Below, piece after piece: positions 34,391 through 48,861 of a DNA stretch of 64,000 nt (position 1 is the first letter of the stretch; every line of letters starts with the position of its first letter). The position numbers and the translations under genes are program-made. Source of the stretch: Euprymna scolopes (lineage: Eukaryota); the NCBI GenBank assembly GCA_053919585.1, contig CM132804.1; one strand, 5' to 3'. The notes under the pieces are model-generated. The model saw only the letters and a program-made list of their open reading frames with translations, ran no database searches and had not been told where the DNA came from.

Positions 34391-36732
34391 CCTTACTTGT
34401 GTATATATATAATCATTGTCTACGATGTTACCGTGTACATAAGTGTTCATATAAATAACGTGTCTACATAGCTGATTGCGTTCTCTAGTGTATATACATA
34501 TGCGGATATATGTACGGATCATATAAATGGTTATGTGTATATAGTGCCAAGTTGTATAACGTCTGTGATAGTAACCGTGTTCATGCAGCGTGTCGCTTGA
34601 CGTATGTATAATCTAAAAACGTATATTATTATTATTATCATATACGTGTGTCTATATATCTCTGTTGCCTGGCTGTATCGTCTAGTGTCTTTTGTATATG
34701 CGGCTGTATATGCCAATTCATTTGGACAGTTCACAAAAGAGAACAAATAAATTTTAGATACATCCTTATAAACTAGACGAATAGCCGTCTTTGACTGCTT
34801 GGTACCGATAAAAGGGGGACATACCTTTTTTATAGACGCTGTTGTCCGGGGGTTGGTCTTTTCCTTGAAATCATGTAACAGATACATTACCTCATAACAG
34901 AAAGTTATAATTAACATAACTTGATTTTATTTTCGTGTCATCCATCATAGTTGTTTTTGTTTCTATATCATCTTTAGTTTTGTTTATTAAATGTTTTCAT
35001 GGACCTAAGAGACCAAATCTGTTCTGATCCGATAATTTCAGTCTCAACTCAACTAGCCGATTGACTAGAAAACTATCTTATTGGTCTGTATTTCGTGAAT
35101 GTATGATAAATCGTGTATTTATTAGTTATCTTACGTCACCAACCAGGTCAATTTATTGTTTTAGTAAATTATTGTTTTTTGTAACTAAAATTTGCAAAAT
35201 TTTTTATTATATAAATATTGAACTGGCTGTACTAAATTCCAGTCGTTTTTATATAAATATTCTGCAAATATTTTATTGTTTTGAACTATATACTTTCTAA
35301 AATATTTTTCTGCTATCGAAATATTTCATATCGGACATTTTACTGTTTGCATTTTTTTTCAACGTTCCATCGGATAATCCGGCGCTACCTGGGATCCACA
35401 ATACCCAACCTAAAAACGGAATAGACAGATTTTAAAACAAAAGTGAAATATTAAAAGTAATGACAGGGAATAATTAGAAAGAGATGGACGAATGAGTAAC
35501 AAAAATATGACGCGTGAGGAGAAAAAAAGAAAACAAAACTACGGGAAAAAGAGAGAGAAATAGAGGAGGAAAAGGAACAAGAAAAGGCTGAATTAGGACT
35601 GAACATTCTGTAGAACCTTTTTATTTGAAATCCTTGTAAAACAAAATTTTCAACTAATTACAAAGTCATAACAAATCATATAATTAATAATCTAATATAT
35701 AAAAGGACATATATCTTTCTGTCCGTCTCCATATTTCAAACTATCTCCTGCTGAAACTAAAAGTCACAGATAGTTCTAGCGGCCTCAAATAGTTGAACTT
35801 GAAAGGATCGTACTTTAATAGACAATGCAAATTAAAAATATAGACAATGCAAATTAAAAATATATTGTTTGAAAATAGGTTAGATATTAGAATTGAGGAT
35901 TATTTTGTTTGCCAAAATTGTATGTGGGCAAACATATGTAAAGCCACGTGAAAAGTAGTCACGTTTGTAAATACACTTCTGACGTCATCATCAAAAGACA
36001 TTTATTAATATAGGATTCTATGGGTTCGGAGTTAGAGCCAGTTGATCAGCCAAGAGTTGACAGTCAGTTGGAGAGGAGAGTCCCTTAGAGGCGAAGGGTA
36101 GAAGATTAACCATGTAGATACAAGTAGAATTCGTGACGTCATCGACCGGCCGATCAGATGAATAAAGAAATCATCATTTATGTTGTAACTGTTGTCTTGT
36201 GTCACATCCTTCATCACGAACGAAAGATAATTGTGTTTTTCATCTTATAATGAACATTGCGTAACCCTTCGTGGATTATGTATCTCCTCTCCTCTGTGTA
36301 AAGAACTTGCTTCATATATCACCCAGTCTGTATTTAATATGAAACCTCAAGAATTTTCAAAGTCGTTATGATGATGTAATAGATATAAATGTCCTTATCA
36401 TTCTATCGGTGTTATAAGAACTGTATTAATAATATGAAGTCCCCAAGAAGCATCCCAGAACTGTATAAATATCTCCTTCATCATCACCATCGTTACCTAC
36501 ATGTAGCCGTTATATGTGTCCTCAATATGAACTCCCGTCATCTTTAAAATATGAACCCGTACTACACAACCGCCAGTTAAAATAGTTTTTAAAGGGTCAA
36601 AATGGGTCAAAATTGAAAATCTCGTTAAATATTTTGTACATTTTAATCAGTTCTTATGCGTATCATGTTACTGCAGTGGTAACGTCACCAGCTATTTTGC
36701 TTTCGGTTTCAGCTCCAGCTGATGGTGCCCAA

Positions 36733-36796
<64 letters not shown>

Positions 36797-37415
36797 GATT
36801 ATCTATACGAAATCTGGACAAATTAAAATATATTTAAGTGTGTTTTACGCGCGAGCAAAGCCGTGCTCCCCCCGCCCTAATAATAATAATAATAATAATA
36901 ATGGTAATAATGTTAATAATAATTATATGTATATATATACTAAGTGTACCAGGTCACACATTGCTGTGGCTCAATGTGCTTAAACGGAAATAAAATAGAA
37001 AAGAGAAAGCGCATGTTTCTTATATGCCTAATTGCACAATGCTATTTGGCAATCTCAACCAATTGTACTCCCAAAACAAAGATATGCGAAATAGATACAG
37101 TTGATGCAAATACGGAACGGAAGCCACCAAGCATGAAACGAAACAGAAACAACACATTCCATAAAAACTATCCCAGTTTAAACACTTTTTTGTGTTAATA
37201 TATTTAATATAATATTTCAAAAAGACTCCATTTATAGAAATGTAAAAAAATAAAATTGTTTTTTTATTTTTTTAATTGTTTCGTGTGCGAATGGCGAAAC
37301 CTTCTAGGGTGTTTTCAAGAAATTGTTTTTGTTTGGACATTACCTGTGTTACCGGGAAACAATAAAGAGTTCTCCTGTATGAAAGTCTCCTTGAACTACT
37401 TTCGCTTTTTCTCGC

Positions 37416-38085
37416 TCACATGCACCTAACCCGAATTCGTAGGAGTGTACCGATATCAGTGGACTTTTTCTACTAAGTCGGTCATTAACAATTTTTTAAC
37501 TTATTTCAAACTGATATAAATTATTGTACAGAAAAAAATAATTAAATTAAAACAAAAATCATTTTTTTTTATTTCAAAATATTTAATCAAGTAAAAAATC
37601 CATTTTTACTTGATTACTAAATTAAAAAAGTTACTATAGCAAATTTTATTACCTAACTATTTAATAAACAAAAAAATATGGTAAAAACTGAATTTAACTT
37701 GAAAATACTATGAAAAAATAGCTTTTATATTTCAACTGACATAAATTATTGCACAGTAAAGATAATTAAATTAAAACAAAAATCATGTTTCTTATTTTGA
37801 ATTATTGTAATTACTATCGTAAAGATAACATTTTTTAAATTTATTACTAAATTTAAAAAGCTATTTTTTAAGTTAAATTCGGTTATTACGATATTTTGTT
37901 TCTTAGATTGTTAGGTAATTTGCTCGAGTAACTTTTTAATTTAACTATTTTTTTGTGCAATAATTTATATCCGCATGCGTAAAGCATTAATAAAAACATT
38001 GTTAATGACCGTTTTGGTATGTAAAAAAAAAAAAAAGTCCATTGATATCGACCCACACTAATGAATTCGGAATAGAGGCATGTGA
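37416..38085. mobile_element. Fold-back element with internal AT-rich duplications
   Basis: tcacatgc..ccgaattc...cgatatcagtggacttttt...cggtcattaacaat versus attgttaatgaccg...aaaaagtccattgatatcg...gaattcgg...gcatgtga. Confidence 0.7.
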
Positions 38086-38946
38086 AAAGATAACAAAATA
38101 TAGGAGCATCTGGATTAATAAAAATAATCTTCAGAAATACTTAGAAGCAATCGCTGAAAAACCAAGTTGTAAAAAAAAAAATACAAATAGTAGCCATCAA
38201 AAGAACAGCATCTGTTCCTAAGAGAGCCCTCGGATAAGTTTACATCATAAGGGAACTAAGTGTTAGCTCTGGGTGGGACCCCTTGATCCATTAGAACTTA
38301 AAGTAAAATAAATAAAAAAGGGAAAATCAATATTCTTTAACAATATGTAAATATTCTTATCGTCATAAATCAAGTTTACGGATACATATGAAAAAACACA
38401 ATTAGAAAATGCTATATTCTTTCCAAATATTTCCTGAGAATTCGGATTTATTTATATGATAACTTCAAAACGGTATTACTTAAAATAAACCGGAAACGAC
38501 TAATGATTGATGAAACTATTCTTAATAAATATTTTTATAATAGAGCTAAAGTTGAGACTATTATACAATATGAGGAAGTAATGAATTGTTTAAAAAACTA
38601 AGCTTGCGAGAAAGTAATAGAATTGTTGTGATTAATGAAAATATTGTTGCTCTATTTTCTAATTAAGGTTGAATTATTAACTGGCCACATGTCTGCATTA
38701 ATAATATTCACACAAACAATAAAAATAATATACTTTTATTTTTCACATTTGTTTAAGTGTTTCTGTTTTTACACTTGTGTTATCATGAAACAATAATAAA
38801 AATTATTCAGTAAATATTTAATAAAGTAATATATTGTGATAATTTTAAAAACAGATTCAAACCATTGTAAAAGAATATTCATTCAAAATATAATTAAGTA
38901 TTACATATTACTGTAAAGCATTAAATGTAGACACGTTAATTATTTA

Positions 38947-39172
38947 CAGTATATTTCGGCGTATAAGACGACCCTTAAAGTTAAAAAAATAATCTTTAAA
39001 AACCAATATTTCATAAGGCACCCGGTGTTGCAGTCTCTAGGTTAGGCTAAAGAAACATGGTTTTCTGATTTAGCAGTCGTCTTATCCAACCGATATACGA
39101 TAAAATATTAAAATTTGCTCCAATTTTGTATTCGTCTTATCTGATGGTCGCCTTATACGCCAAAACATACGA
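38947..39172. mobile_element. pogo/Tc2-type MITE with TA flanks
   Basis: TA|cagtatatttcggcgtataagacgacc ... ggtcgccttatacgccaaaacatacga|TA. Confidence 0.8.
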
Positions 39173-39792
39173 TATGCTAAAACAAGAAGTCTCGTATCGT
39201 AGACGGAACATTTTTATATCAATTTAAACAGGAAGTCTATTGTGTGAAGGAAATAGTCGCGTCTTTTTTTTTTTTTTAGAATTCATCGAATATTTATTTG
39301 TGAAAAGGTTTGCTATCAAAATAGATGAAATTACTTTTATTTAAAAATGTTGAATTATATTATTTGTTGATTTGTGAAAACATTCTGCTTATTCAAACTG
39401 TTAATTTCTGTTTACATTCAGTGACATAACGGTGATTACCGAATTTAGCTTCTTCTATGCAAATACAGTGTAAGAAAAGCGTTTGGGAGTATTTATACAA
39501 TCAAACAGAAATCATGCCGAAAATGGCTAGTATAAACAAAGTAAATAAGAGGGGGGAATTGTGAAGAATTAACGTTATCACGTGGCCGGTGATAAATTCC
39601 CTTATTAAAAAAATGACCAGTTCGTTACAAAGAAAACCAAATAATTCATAGCATAAAAATTACGCATAACGTTATAATTAAAAAGTGATACATAAAAACA
39701 CACAGGTATCAGATTAAAATTCTATAGCAAAATTTTAAGTCAATCATGAAATTAGTTTTTCAGATTACATTTTAGTAACATATTACATTTTG

Positions 39793-42700
39793 TTTTATTA
39801 CATTTTCACCCCATACAAGGCACATTGCCACTTTGGTGTAGGGGGTTACTAACATAGGCAACAATTACTGGGGTATTATGTAGGGATCTGGGCAGCAAGA
39901 TGTTGGTTCACGTTGCACTTGAACTTCTGCACGTCAGTACAGTTGGGGAAGCAGGGACCTGGAATGGAATTCCAAAGTCTAGCGGTTCTGGGGAAGAAAC
40001 TACTGGAGTAGAAAGATCTTTTACATCTAGGGATCTCTACAGTGTGGGGGTGGGATTTTGCAGCCTGTCTGGTCTGTCGAGGGTGTTCACGTCGTGGAGG
40101 CACAAGTGGTTGCAGTTCGTCAGAGCATTCACCATTATTATACTTGTAGAACAGGCAGAAGGATGCAACGTTTCGTCGATGGGACAGAGGCTGAAGCTTA
40201 GATGCCAGTTCAGGACCTATCAGATTTGCGACTCTCTTTTGAACCTTGTCAAGGAGCGAGAGACTAGTAGCCGATGCAGCAGCCCAAATATGACAGCAAT
40301 ACTCCATACATGGCCGAATGGTTGCCTTATAGAGGTACAGGATACTTTCGGGTGTTAGTAGTTTTCTAGCACGGTAGAGAGAGGCCACCTTCCTTGCAGC
40401 GGCCCTGGCAATGCCCTCGATGTAATTGTTCCAACTCATGTTTCCTGTGAACGTTAGGCCAAGGAGCTTGAAAGACGTACTCTCAGATAAAGAGTCGTTG
40501 GCCATTGCTATAGATGGTAGAGAAGGTTTCTTGTAATTTTTAGATGAAACTAGTTTAGTCTTGGCGGCATTGAACATGACCATCCATTTTTGTCCCCATT
40601 CCACCACAGATTGGAGGTCATCCTCTAGTGTTTCTGCCATTTCTTTTATATGTGTTCATTTGTTTTCCTGTCGTGTCTGTTATAGAGTATGGTGTAATCA
40701 GCATATATACCCATATCAGAGGAAACTTTGTCGGGGAGGTCATTTATGAATATCAGGAACCCTAGAGGTCCAAGGATAGACCCTGGGACACTCCCGCATT
40801 TATATCATATTGTTTAGATGTACGACCGTCGAGGACAACCTGGATTCTACCAGTGATACGGTATGATCTAATCTTCCTGAGGAGACCCTCATGCCATACC
40901 CTGTCAAAAGCCTTAGATATATCTAGAGCTACCAATTGCCCTCCCCCGCTTTGTCCAGTGAATGGCATATACGTTCAGAGATTACAGTTAGGATGTCTGC
41001 TGTGGAACGGACTTGTCTAAATCCATATTGTTTGTCAGTCAGAAGCTTAGCATCTGTAAGGTGATGGATTAGAGCATGGTTAATTAAGGTCTCAAATATG
41101 TTCGCAAAAAATGGGAGGAGGCTAATGGGGCGATAATTTAATGGGCCAGTTCTTTCACCAGAATTCTTGAATACTGGTACTAGAGAAGCAGTTTTCCAAC
41201 AGCCCGGAAAGCAAGCTTCATTAAGACATTTGTTGTAGAGTTTGGAGAGAACTGGAGCTACTTCAGCTGAGCACTTTTTTAATGGCACAGCTGGGATAAG
41301 ATCGGGTCCACATGCTTTTGAAGTGTCAAGGTTTTTTATGATAGCATGAACTGTAGCAGGGGTGATTTGTAGATCGTCTAGCGTGGCGTCTGTCCGCATA
41401 GAAAATTCAGGTAGTGTGTGGTTAGCAGGGTCCAGTGTGGAGTTTGAGGCAAACCGACTGGCAAGCATATTAGCCTTTTCGGTTGCTGAGTGATTGTTGG
41501 TTAGTGGGGGAATTGTTGATTGCCTATTATTTACTACCCCATTGTAGATTTTCCAGAAGTCACGAGTTCCTAGTTTTTGTGCTTCGATGCGTTTTTTAGT
41601 GGTTTCCATAAATTCTCTCTTAGCTGTCGCTATTTCTTTCTTAACGTTACTTCTAGCTTCTATGTACTTCTGTCTGTTTATACTGGACTTATGTCGGTTA
41701 AATCTGCGGTATGCATGCTGCCTTTGAGCAATGGCAGTTGCTCAAGTCGAAGTAAACCATTGGGGAGAGTGGGGCTTGCTATAAAATTTCCGCATGGGAA
41801 CATGCGCTTCGATTGCAGTTTTGAACCATTCAATGGTCTCGGTTGCACACTGTTCAGCAGGAAGAGAAAAAATATTTCCCCATGGGGCATCTCTGATAAG
41901 ATCTCTGATAATAATGTCTCGTTGTTTTGAGCACTGGCTCTTCAGTTTTGGGTCTAGAGTTTAGGGCGATTTCAACCATTATCACAGCATGATCAGCGTT
42001 CCTAAGTGGGCTGTTGGCATTCGTTATACAATCATCAGGAACTGTGGTCAGAAACAGATCTAGAAGTGATGCGTGTTGTTCTTCCTGGTCAAGGAAACGG
42101 GTTGGAAACGTAATAATTTGTGATAGGGAGTGAGATATAGAGAATCTATGAGTTGTGCTGCCTGCTGCATCTGTGTAAGTAAAGAATTCAAGCCAGTTTT
42201 TGTGATTCACATTAAAGTCACCAAATACATGTACTTGTGCGCTAGTGTCGATGGAGAGTGCTGTGTCTATGCTGTCAGAGGCTTTGTTTATTATGGTTCA
42301 GTCTTGGGTCGAGGGAGAGCGGTAGAGAAAATAAAAGTAGCTAATGTTGTGTTGCATGATTAGTCTAAAGCACATAAAGGCTTGATCATTCGATTCTAGG
42401 TTTGTTTCTCTAGTCAAAGGAAGGGTATTACGATTGTAAACTCCAAGTCCGTGCATGTGTCTGTCAGAGTCCTTACGGCAGAGTGGGAGATATCCAGGCA
42501 TGTTAAAGTAGTTAGAGGAGATGGCGGAGTGTAGGTTAGTCTCACTTAGTGCTAAGATAATCGGGGTGTTTGTTAGGAGAAATGCTTCAACATCAGCTAA
42601 ATTAGTTCTAAGCCCACGGATATTTGTGAATGCAAGCCTCAAGGGAGGAGGCATGTTGGATTTGTTTGACCCTAAGCCTGGTTTAAGCTTATTTTTAGAT

Positions 42701-43460
42701 TGTACTGTCATCATATTTTTTTACGAGTTTTAGTTAGGTAAGGGGGAGCTGAACAGGAATTTATGCAGAGTATTACACATGCATCACAAGTAGACCATCA
42801 GCTGACCGTTCCTCAACTAGGACTGTGGTCTACGAAAGCCCACCGGGGATGAGTGCAGGGTCCCTTTCCATGCGCGACATGGCACTACAAACATCCCAAT
42901 ATTATACAACTGTTGATGGAGCAGCCGCTCTAAGCGCTACCAAAGAGTTAGGGCACCTGTACTACCAGTCGGAAACAGCAGCCAGTAACTGTCAATCCGG
43001 TACCCTCAACCCATCAGAGGAAGGTCAACCCAATCTAATTGCTTAGGTATATGTGGTACTCAAGCACTCTCAAGTGCCCAGTTTTAGGGAGGGGGTGTGT
43101 CGGGAGTGGGGAAACGGCGTTCATTGCCCTAGACAAGAAACAAGATCTACCACTGAGTGTTTCTGTCGAATCACTGTGATAGTGTCTCTGCGCCTGACTA
43201 ATAGGCACAGAAGGAGTATGAAAGCGGGGCGATAGACAGAACCTATCTACTCCTTAAGCAATTTAGGTTTGCAAACCGGTAATTTGTTTGAGTCACCAGC
43301 TCTAGGAAGGTTGTCATTGGACTTTGGTTTAGTTTCAGACTTTTCTTTCTCCTAGACGAATGATCTGGGAAGATTTACTGGATCCGTCAGCACTGAGAGG
43401 GTTTGCTCCGCGCCTGGGTGCTAATCCAGGTATTTCTATGACACCGCGTCGTTAGTTAAT
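39793..43460 (-). mobile_element. Near full-length CR1/L2-group LINE family A (APE endonuclease + RT), frameshifted
   Basis: APE motifs FTNIRGL, LALSET, LYRSPS, GDFN, LLDLFLT, DH; RT motifs YRPISLL, LDISKAFD, YAD.; C-terminal MEYCCHIW; GC-rich leader 42715-43460. 5' boundary approximate. Confidence 0.95.
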
Positions 43461-44397
43461 GTTACTGGGTTAGTTTGTAGAGCTTATATAGCTGCTGAAT
43501 AGTTACACTCCTCAAAGTGAATTAGGGGCATTGCAATTTATTGTTACTGGATATAGGGGGTGAGTAGAGTCATGCAGTGTAAGCAACTATGATTGTAAGA
43601 AGGCTTGTTAGAAAGGAGATAATATGGTTTGAGGCTTTCCCTTTATATATTTTTTATTTTATTCATGTTGGTTTGGGTCTAGGATAGCATTAAAGTGTGA
43701 GTAGGTGTAAAGAATTGAACTACGAGTTGTGCTCAAACTATATTTTAGATGTCAGCAGGGCTTGAGATGCGAGTGCAATATAGTACGGATAAAACTAAGT
43801 TTTGAGTCATGTGTAATTAGGTAAATAGATATATGGGCAAGTTTATATATATATATATATACATATAGTGAATGAATGACACATATATATAACATGACAA
43901 AAGGTTATATTCCAAAGTTCATGATGTTGACCATCTTACAATTTATTACTTTAATTCAGTCGACATTTACTATTCTTGAGAGTATTTGTTTCGTAGCACA
44001 AAATCAATGACTTAATTATTGTATCAACTAGTGAATCTATTTTGGCCTTAACTCATCAGAAGAAACAGCAAAAAATCAATTCATCAAAAGGAAACAAAGT
44101 CCCTTTTGACATGATTAAAATCCGAAAATTGGAAGAGAAGCTGTAAATACCTTATAATATGTTTACGTTACGTTATTTTGAATAATTACGTGATTGATTT
44201 TATGCTACGACGAAAAATACTGTCAAGAATTGTAAATGTCAACTGAATTAAAGGAATGAATTGTAAGATTGTCAACATCATAAACTTTGGAATATAGACA
44301 TTCATTCACAATAATGCTCTGTAATTGCATTGACCTTCTTAAATATGGATTGGTATATATTATAAGGAAATAAAGAATATTTCCACATAAATAAATA

Positions 44398-44448
<51 letters not shown>

Positions 44449-45211
44449 TATATATATATATGGACAGCAAAAATTCCACTCTGAACCAAAATATCGTAGG
44501 TTTGCAATAACAGATCCCACATACTAATTCATTAGGTCTAGGATATTAGCCACTATCTTATGTAATTTTATAACACAATTATAGACATATTAAGCAGTTA
44601 TAATAAGAGGCTACATTGCATCCTAGGAAGAACACCATTATAATCGCAACATCTATATCGGAAAGAGTCCTTATTTTTCTCTATAAACATTCAGTCCTCT
44701 CACTGCTATCAGCTGACACCGGGATCTATTCTACATTTTCCTATCATACTTACATTGCACCCATCATAACGGGTTATTAGCTACACACACATAACATAAT
44801 CTTTCCATTACCCGATTAAAAAATAATAAATTCTCCTTTCTCAAAATCCGTCTCATCTGATTGGCTGAAACCGGTCAATTCTATTAATACAGAATCAACT
44901 TTTTCATACATAAACGAACGCATGGGTGCAATTATTTATTTTTTCGATTTTTGAGCATCTTTTCACCCATTACATTACATTATTTTCTTTTTTTTGTTTT
45001 GCTTTCGTTTGGGGCGTTTTTATTATATTTTCTTGTTTTTTTTACATTTAATATGACTGTGGAGGTTTTTACTTACTTATATATTTTCCTACGCTTACCT
45101 TGGCTTCAATTATGTTACTTATTGTGTCAACCGCTTACAACCCGTACACGATGCTACTTTTGTTTTCGTTTAGTGACAGACAAACAAATTATAAAATCTT
45201 TTTTTTTATTT

Positions 45212-45465
45212 TTTATTTAATAATTTAGACTATTATCCACATCTTCTAATTGTTGTTTTCATGATATTTGGGACAATTTCCTCAGGTTAACCGCGACAAG
45301 AAAGGAATGCTGTCATCTCTTGTCATTTGTGGATGTAGTTGGCGGATTCGGCATTCATAACCCGTCACGGTTAACCTGACAAAGGCCGAAGGAATAATTG
45401 GCCGAAACATCGTGAAAGCAACAACTAGAAGATTAGGATAATAGTCCAAATAATTAAATTATAAA
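45212..45465. mobile_element. Inverted pair of family C HHR/pLTR-like sequences
   Basis: gactattatcc..atcttcta.ttgttg.tttcatgat...caggttaaccg / cggttaacctgacaaaggcc...tggccgaaacatcgtgaaagcaacaactagaagat.aggataatagtc. Confidence 0.75.
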
Positions 45466-46169
45466 ATTAATCAATTTACTCATCTCTAAAAAACTTCCAA
45501 ACTAATTCAATAATAAAACTTTTTTTTATTTTTATATAAAACACATTATATGACCCAAAGACTGGAATAAAACCAGAAAAAATCTTTCTTTATTTTTCAT
45601 CATTGTTTTATTTGACTAAATTTACTTTTTTTATAATTTCATCTTTTTAAAGTTTGATAGATTTGATTGTTTGGACATTTTTTTTCCTTTTTACGCTCTT
45701 CCATGAGAGCGTAAATAAGGCCAAAATTAGCCTTAAAAACCAATATGTCAATCCTTAGAAAGGGCAAATGTTTAAATCACTACGGCGGCCTTTAATGTCG
45801 TACATTTCGTCTTATAAAAATGATCTTGAATAATAATAATAATTAATTTTTTTCTGATTTCATTTCAGCCTTTGGGTCTAATAATATGCTTTATATAGAA
45901 ATAAATAGTTTTTATAATCTTGGTGTCCGTCAAATAATTTACACCGCTAAACTACAAATGTACCGTTAATTACATTGCATATGAAAACACATATTTTTTT
46001 AATATATATTTGTTTTTGTAAGCTTCTCTTTTTCTGGACTTAATATCGACACTGCTCAGTCATTAACATTTTTTGGTCAATTTTTACCTTAGCTCCACTT
46101 CCACAATTTATTTTAAAATGTCGACTTTTGAAAGTTTTTGACTATGCTGAATAAGATAAGCTCTTAAAA

Positions 46170-46601
46170 CTTTGGCGGAGACAGGTAGTTTTAGAGATGT
46201 AACGACATGCATTGTGCACTGTACTTCAGCGACCGCCAGATTTATACGCATGCGCAATAAACAAATCTACTTCTCCCCCCCCCCCGACACTGAAACCTTT
46301 ACATTTTTTATAGTCTTTGCGGGTGTGTATGTTGACTACAACCATCAAAGTTAAATTTAGGGCAAATACTTTGATAACGCCCTCATAAAATGAGATGTTT
46401 ATTCTGAAAGTCGTTCTTACCATGGCGAAGTTAGGGGTGTCTATTCTGAAAGCCATTCTGTACGTTTCGGGCATCTATTCTGAAAGCCGTACTTAACATT
46501 AGGACGATGGGGCTTGTCCAGCAACAACAACTGTAGTTTAATTTTTTTTTTGCGAGGGAAGCATGCTTCCACCAGGCAAAGCCGGTTAACGGGTCCTGCT
46601 A

Positions 46602-46602
<1 letters not shown>
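46170..46602 (+). mobile_element. Helitron-like 3' portion with three tattctgaaag subrepeats
   Basis: Ends ccaggcaaagccgg...CTAG|T; 5' boundary uncertain. Confidence 0.5.
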
Positions 46603-46675
<73 letters not shown>

Positions 46676-46833
46676 GTGGGGAAGGAGTATGACTTCAAAA
46701 TATGTATATATCAAACAAATACTTGTCTATTTTCGTAATATTGCGTTGTAATTTGGCTTTCAAACTTATACATGTTTTATTTTATTTCAAATTCAATCAA
46801 TGCTTCTATCACAGAACTCACATCCTTGACATA

Positions 46834-46888
<55 letters not shown>

Positions 46889-48120
46889 GTCTGTCTATTC
46901 TACTTTTTCTCGGAAACTACTGGTCAGATCTGAATAAAATTGTGTATAGATATTTATGGTGAGATGCAGCAAACAAAGTAGTATGCATCTGTTCGATGCA
47001 CAGTAAGAGATTAATACAAATTAATAAGGATTAGTACTTTAGTTCCATTTTTTTTTCTCAGAAATTACTGATCAAACTGAATTTTTGTAAGGCTTTTGCT
47101 ATATTACGGTGTGGCGAAATACGTATTATGTAGTCTGTTTAATTGACATCTAGGGATTAATAGAAATTATAGGAATTCATGTTTAATGGATAAATGAGCA
47201 CAAATTGAAACATATTGAACCATCAATTTGGCATAAAGCACTTATTCTAAATCAAAGGACTTACTTTTGCCTGCTTTTACCAGGCTTAAAGTTTAGTATA
47301 TGTATATATGCATGTACATAAATATATATATATATATAAAACCTTTTTAAATAAGCCTTATCAAATAATTTTTCAAAATATTAATCTGTAATACGTATGA
47401 AGAAGAAACACTGTAATATCAATAACCAACTCAACAGAGTGTAACAGTAAACTATGTATCACCTACATAGACGGACAAACTCAAAGAGATATTGTGCGTG
47501 TGAGAAAAAGAGAACGGACAGACAGATAGACAGACAGACAGAGGCAGATGGGATGATCGAGGGGAGAGGAATGAGAGCAAGTATCCTGCTACGGTCACAG
47601 AAAGCATCTGAGCCGATGAAGTAATGGGCCGGGAATCTGGCGTGCGTTGTTACGGAACTTATTAGAACGAGGCTGTCAGCCGGAAGTCATGGGTTGCACC
47701 ATTGTGGCGTCAACGGATGTAATCAGGGAGGAAGTGCTCGGCGCCATTTACAGGGCTGGAAATGTCGATCGTAGCATAAAGGGAGGTACTTTGAATTCGC
47801 CTCCGTGTAAAGCGGCGAAGGCGTTTACGAGGCGGGTCGCATTCTCCTATGGACACCTCCTCCCCATCCATCTTTGCCTCTCACCTCTTACCCAACCCAC
47901 CTCTTCATTGGTATCTCACTCATTCACTATGGATATTGCCTCTCTTTCTTTTTACAGACANNNNNNNNNNNNNNNNNNNNNNNNNNNNNNNNNNNNNNNN
48001 NNNNNNNNNNNNNNNNNNNNNNNNNNNNNNNNNNNNNNNNNNNNNNNNNNNNNNNNNNNNNNNNNNNNNNNNNNNNNNNNNNNNNNNNNNNNNNNNNNNN
48101 NNNNNNNNNNNNNNNNNNNN

Positions 48121-48402
48121 TTGACACAGCGGTTCAAATCAGATCTCCGAACTTAAGCAAGATTGATCCTGGCTAGTGCCAGATAGGTGACCATTTGGCA
48201 ATAGTAAGCGCTATTTGTGCTCTCCGCTTATCTTGGCATTGTTTCAAGTCGTCTTGAACTTTCTCTTGCTACTTGTATTTTACAACGCTGACGCATGAAA
48301 TGTGGGTGTTGGAGATTGCGCAACTCTTGCCACAAAAATGTTATGCACAGGAACACTTACAGTGGGTATATTCATAATCTGTGGAGACTGAAGAAAGCTA
48401 CC
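48121..48402 (+). mobile_element. 5S-derived SINE
   Basis: gatctccgaacttaagcaag...cctggctagtgccagataggtgacc (5S) plus the body shared with 34.2 kb. Confidence 0.8.
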
Positions 48403-48405
48403 ATG

Positions 48406-48473
<68 letters not shown>

Positions 48474-48861
48474 TGAAAATAAATGGAATGAGCGTGATGC
48501 AAATATATATAATGGCTTGAATTAAAGTTTAAAAAGGAAAAAATCAAATATCATGGTTCAGTTGTGCTCTAAAAAACAGTTATTTTGAACAAGCACATGT
48601 ATCAAATTACCTACTTTTGATTTTATATGCTGGACCTTTCAGCTTGTGTGGTAATAAAATGTCTCAAATGCACTTGTGATGTTCGGCTAAAATCGCCCGT
48701 TCGTTCTTTCATGTGATTATTTCGATTATCGATCATCGATACTTATCGAAGACATTCCGATAAAAAAAAACTACTTAAGAAAACTGGCAGGCACATTAAG
48801 AACCTTCGTGTGAAATTTCAGAAAATTCGACCTAGTTGTTTTCGATTCGAGTCCATATATA

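Noticed and set aside
35915-36235. Possible solo LTR (TG start, AATAAA at ~36160)
   Set aside because: No clear terminal inverted repeat, TSD or second copy in the window.
39900-40358. 152-aa plus-strand ORF and similar antisense ORFs over LINEs
   Set aside because: Antisense shadow of the CR1 RT frame.
44025-44062. CTGATGAG on the minus strand as an HHR
   Set aside because: No GAAA, no convincing stem II, no stem I partner.
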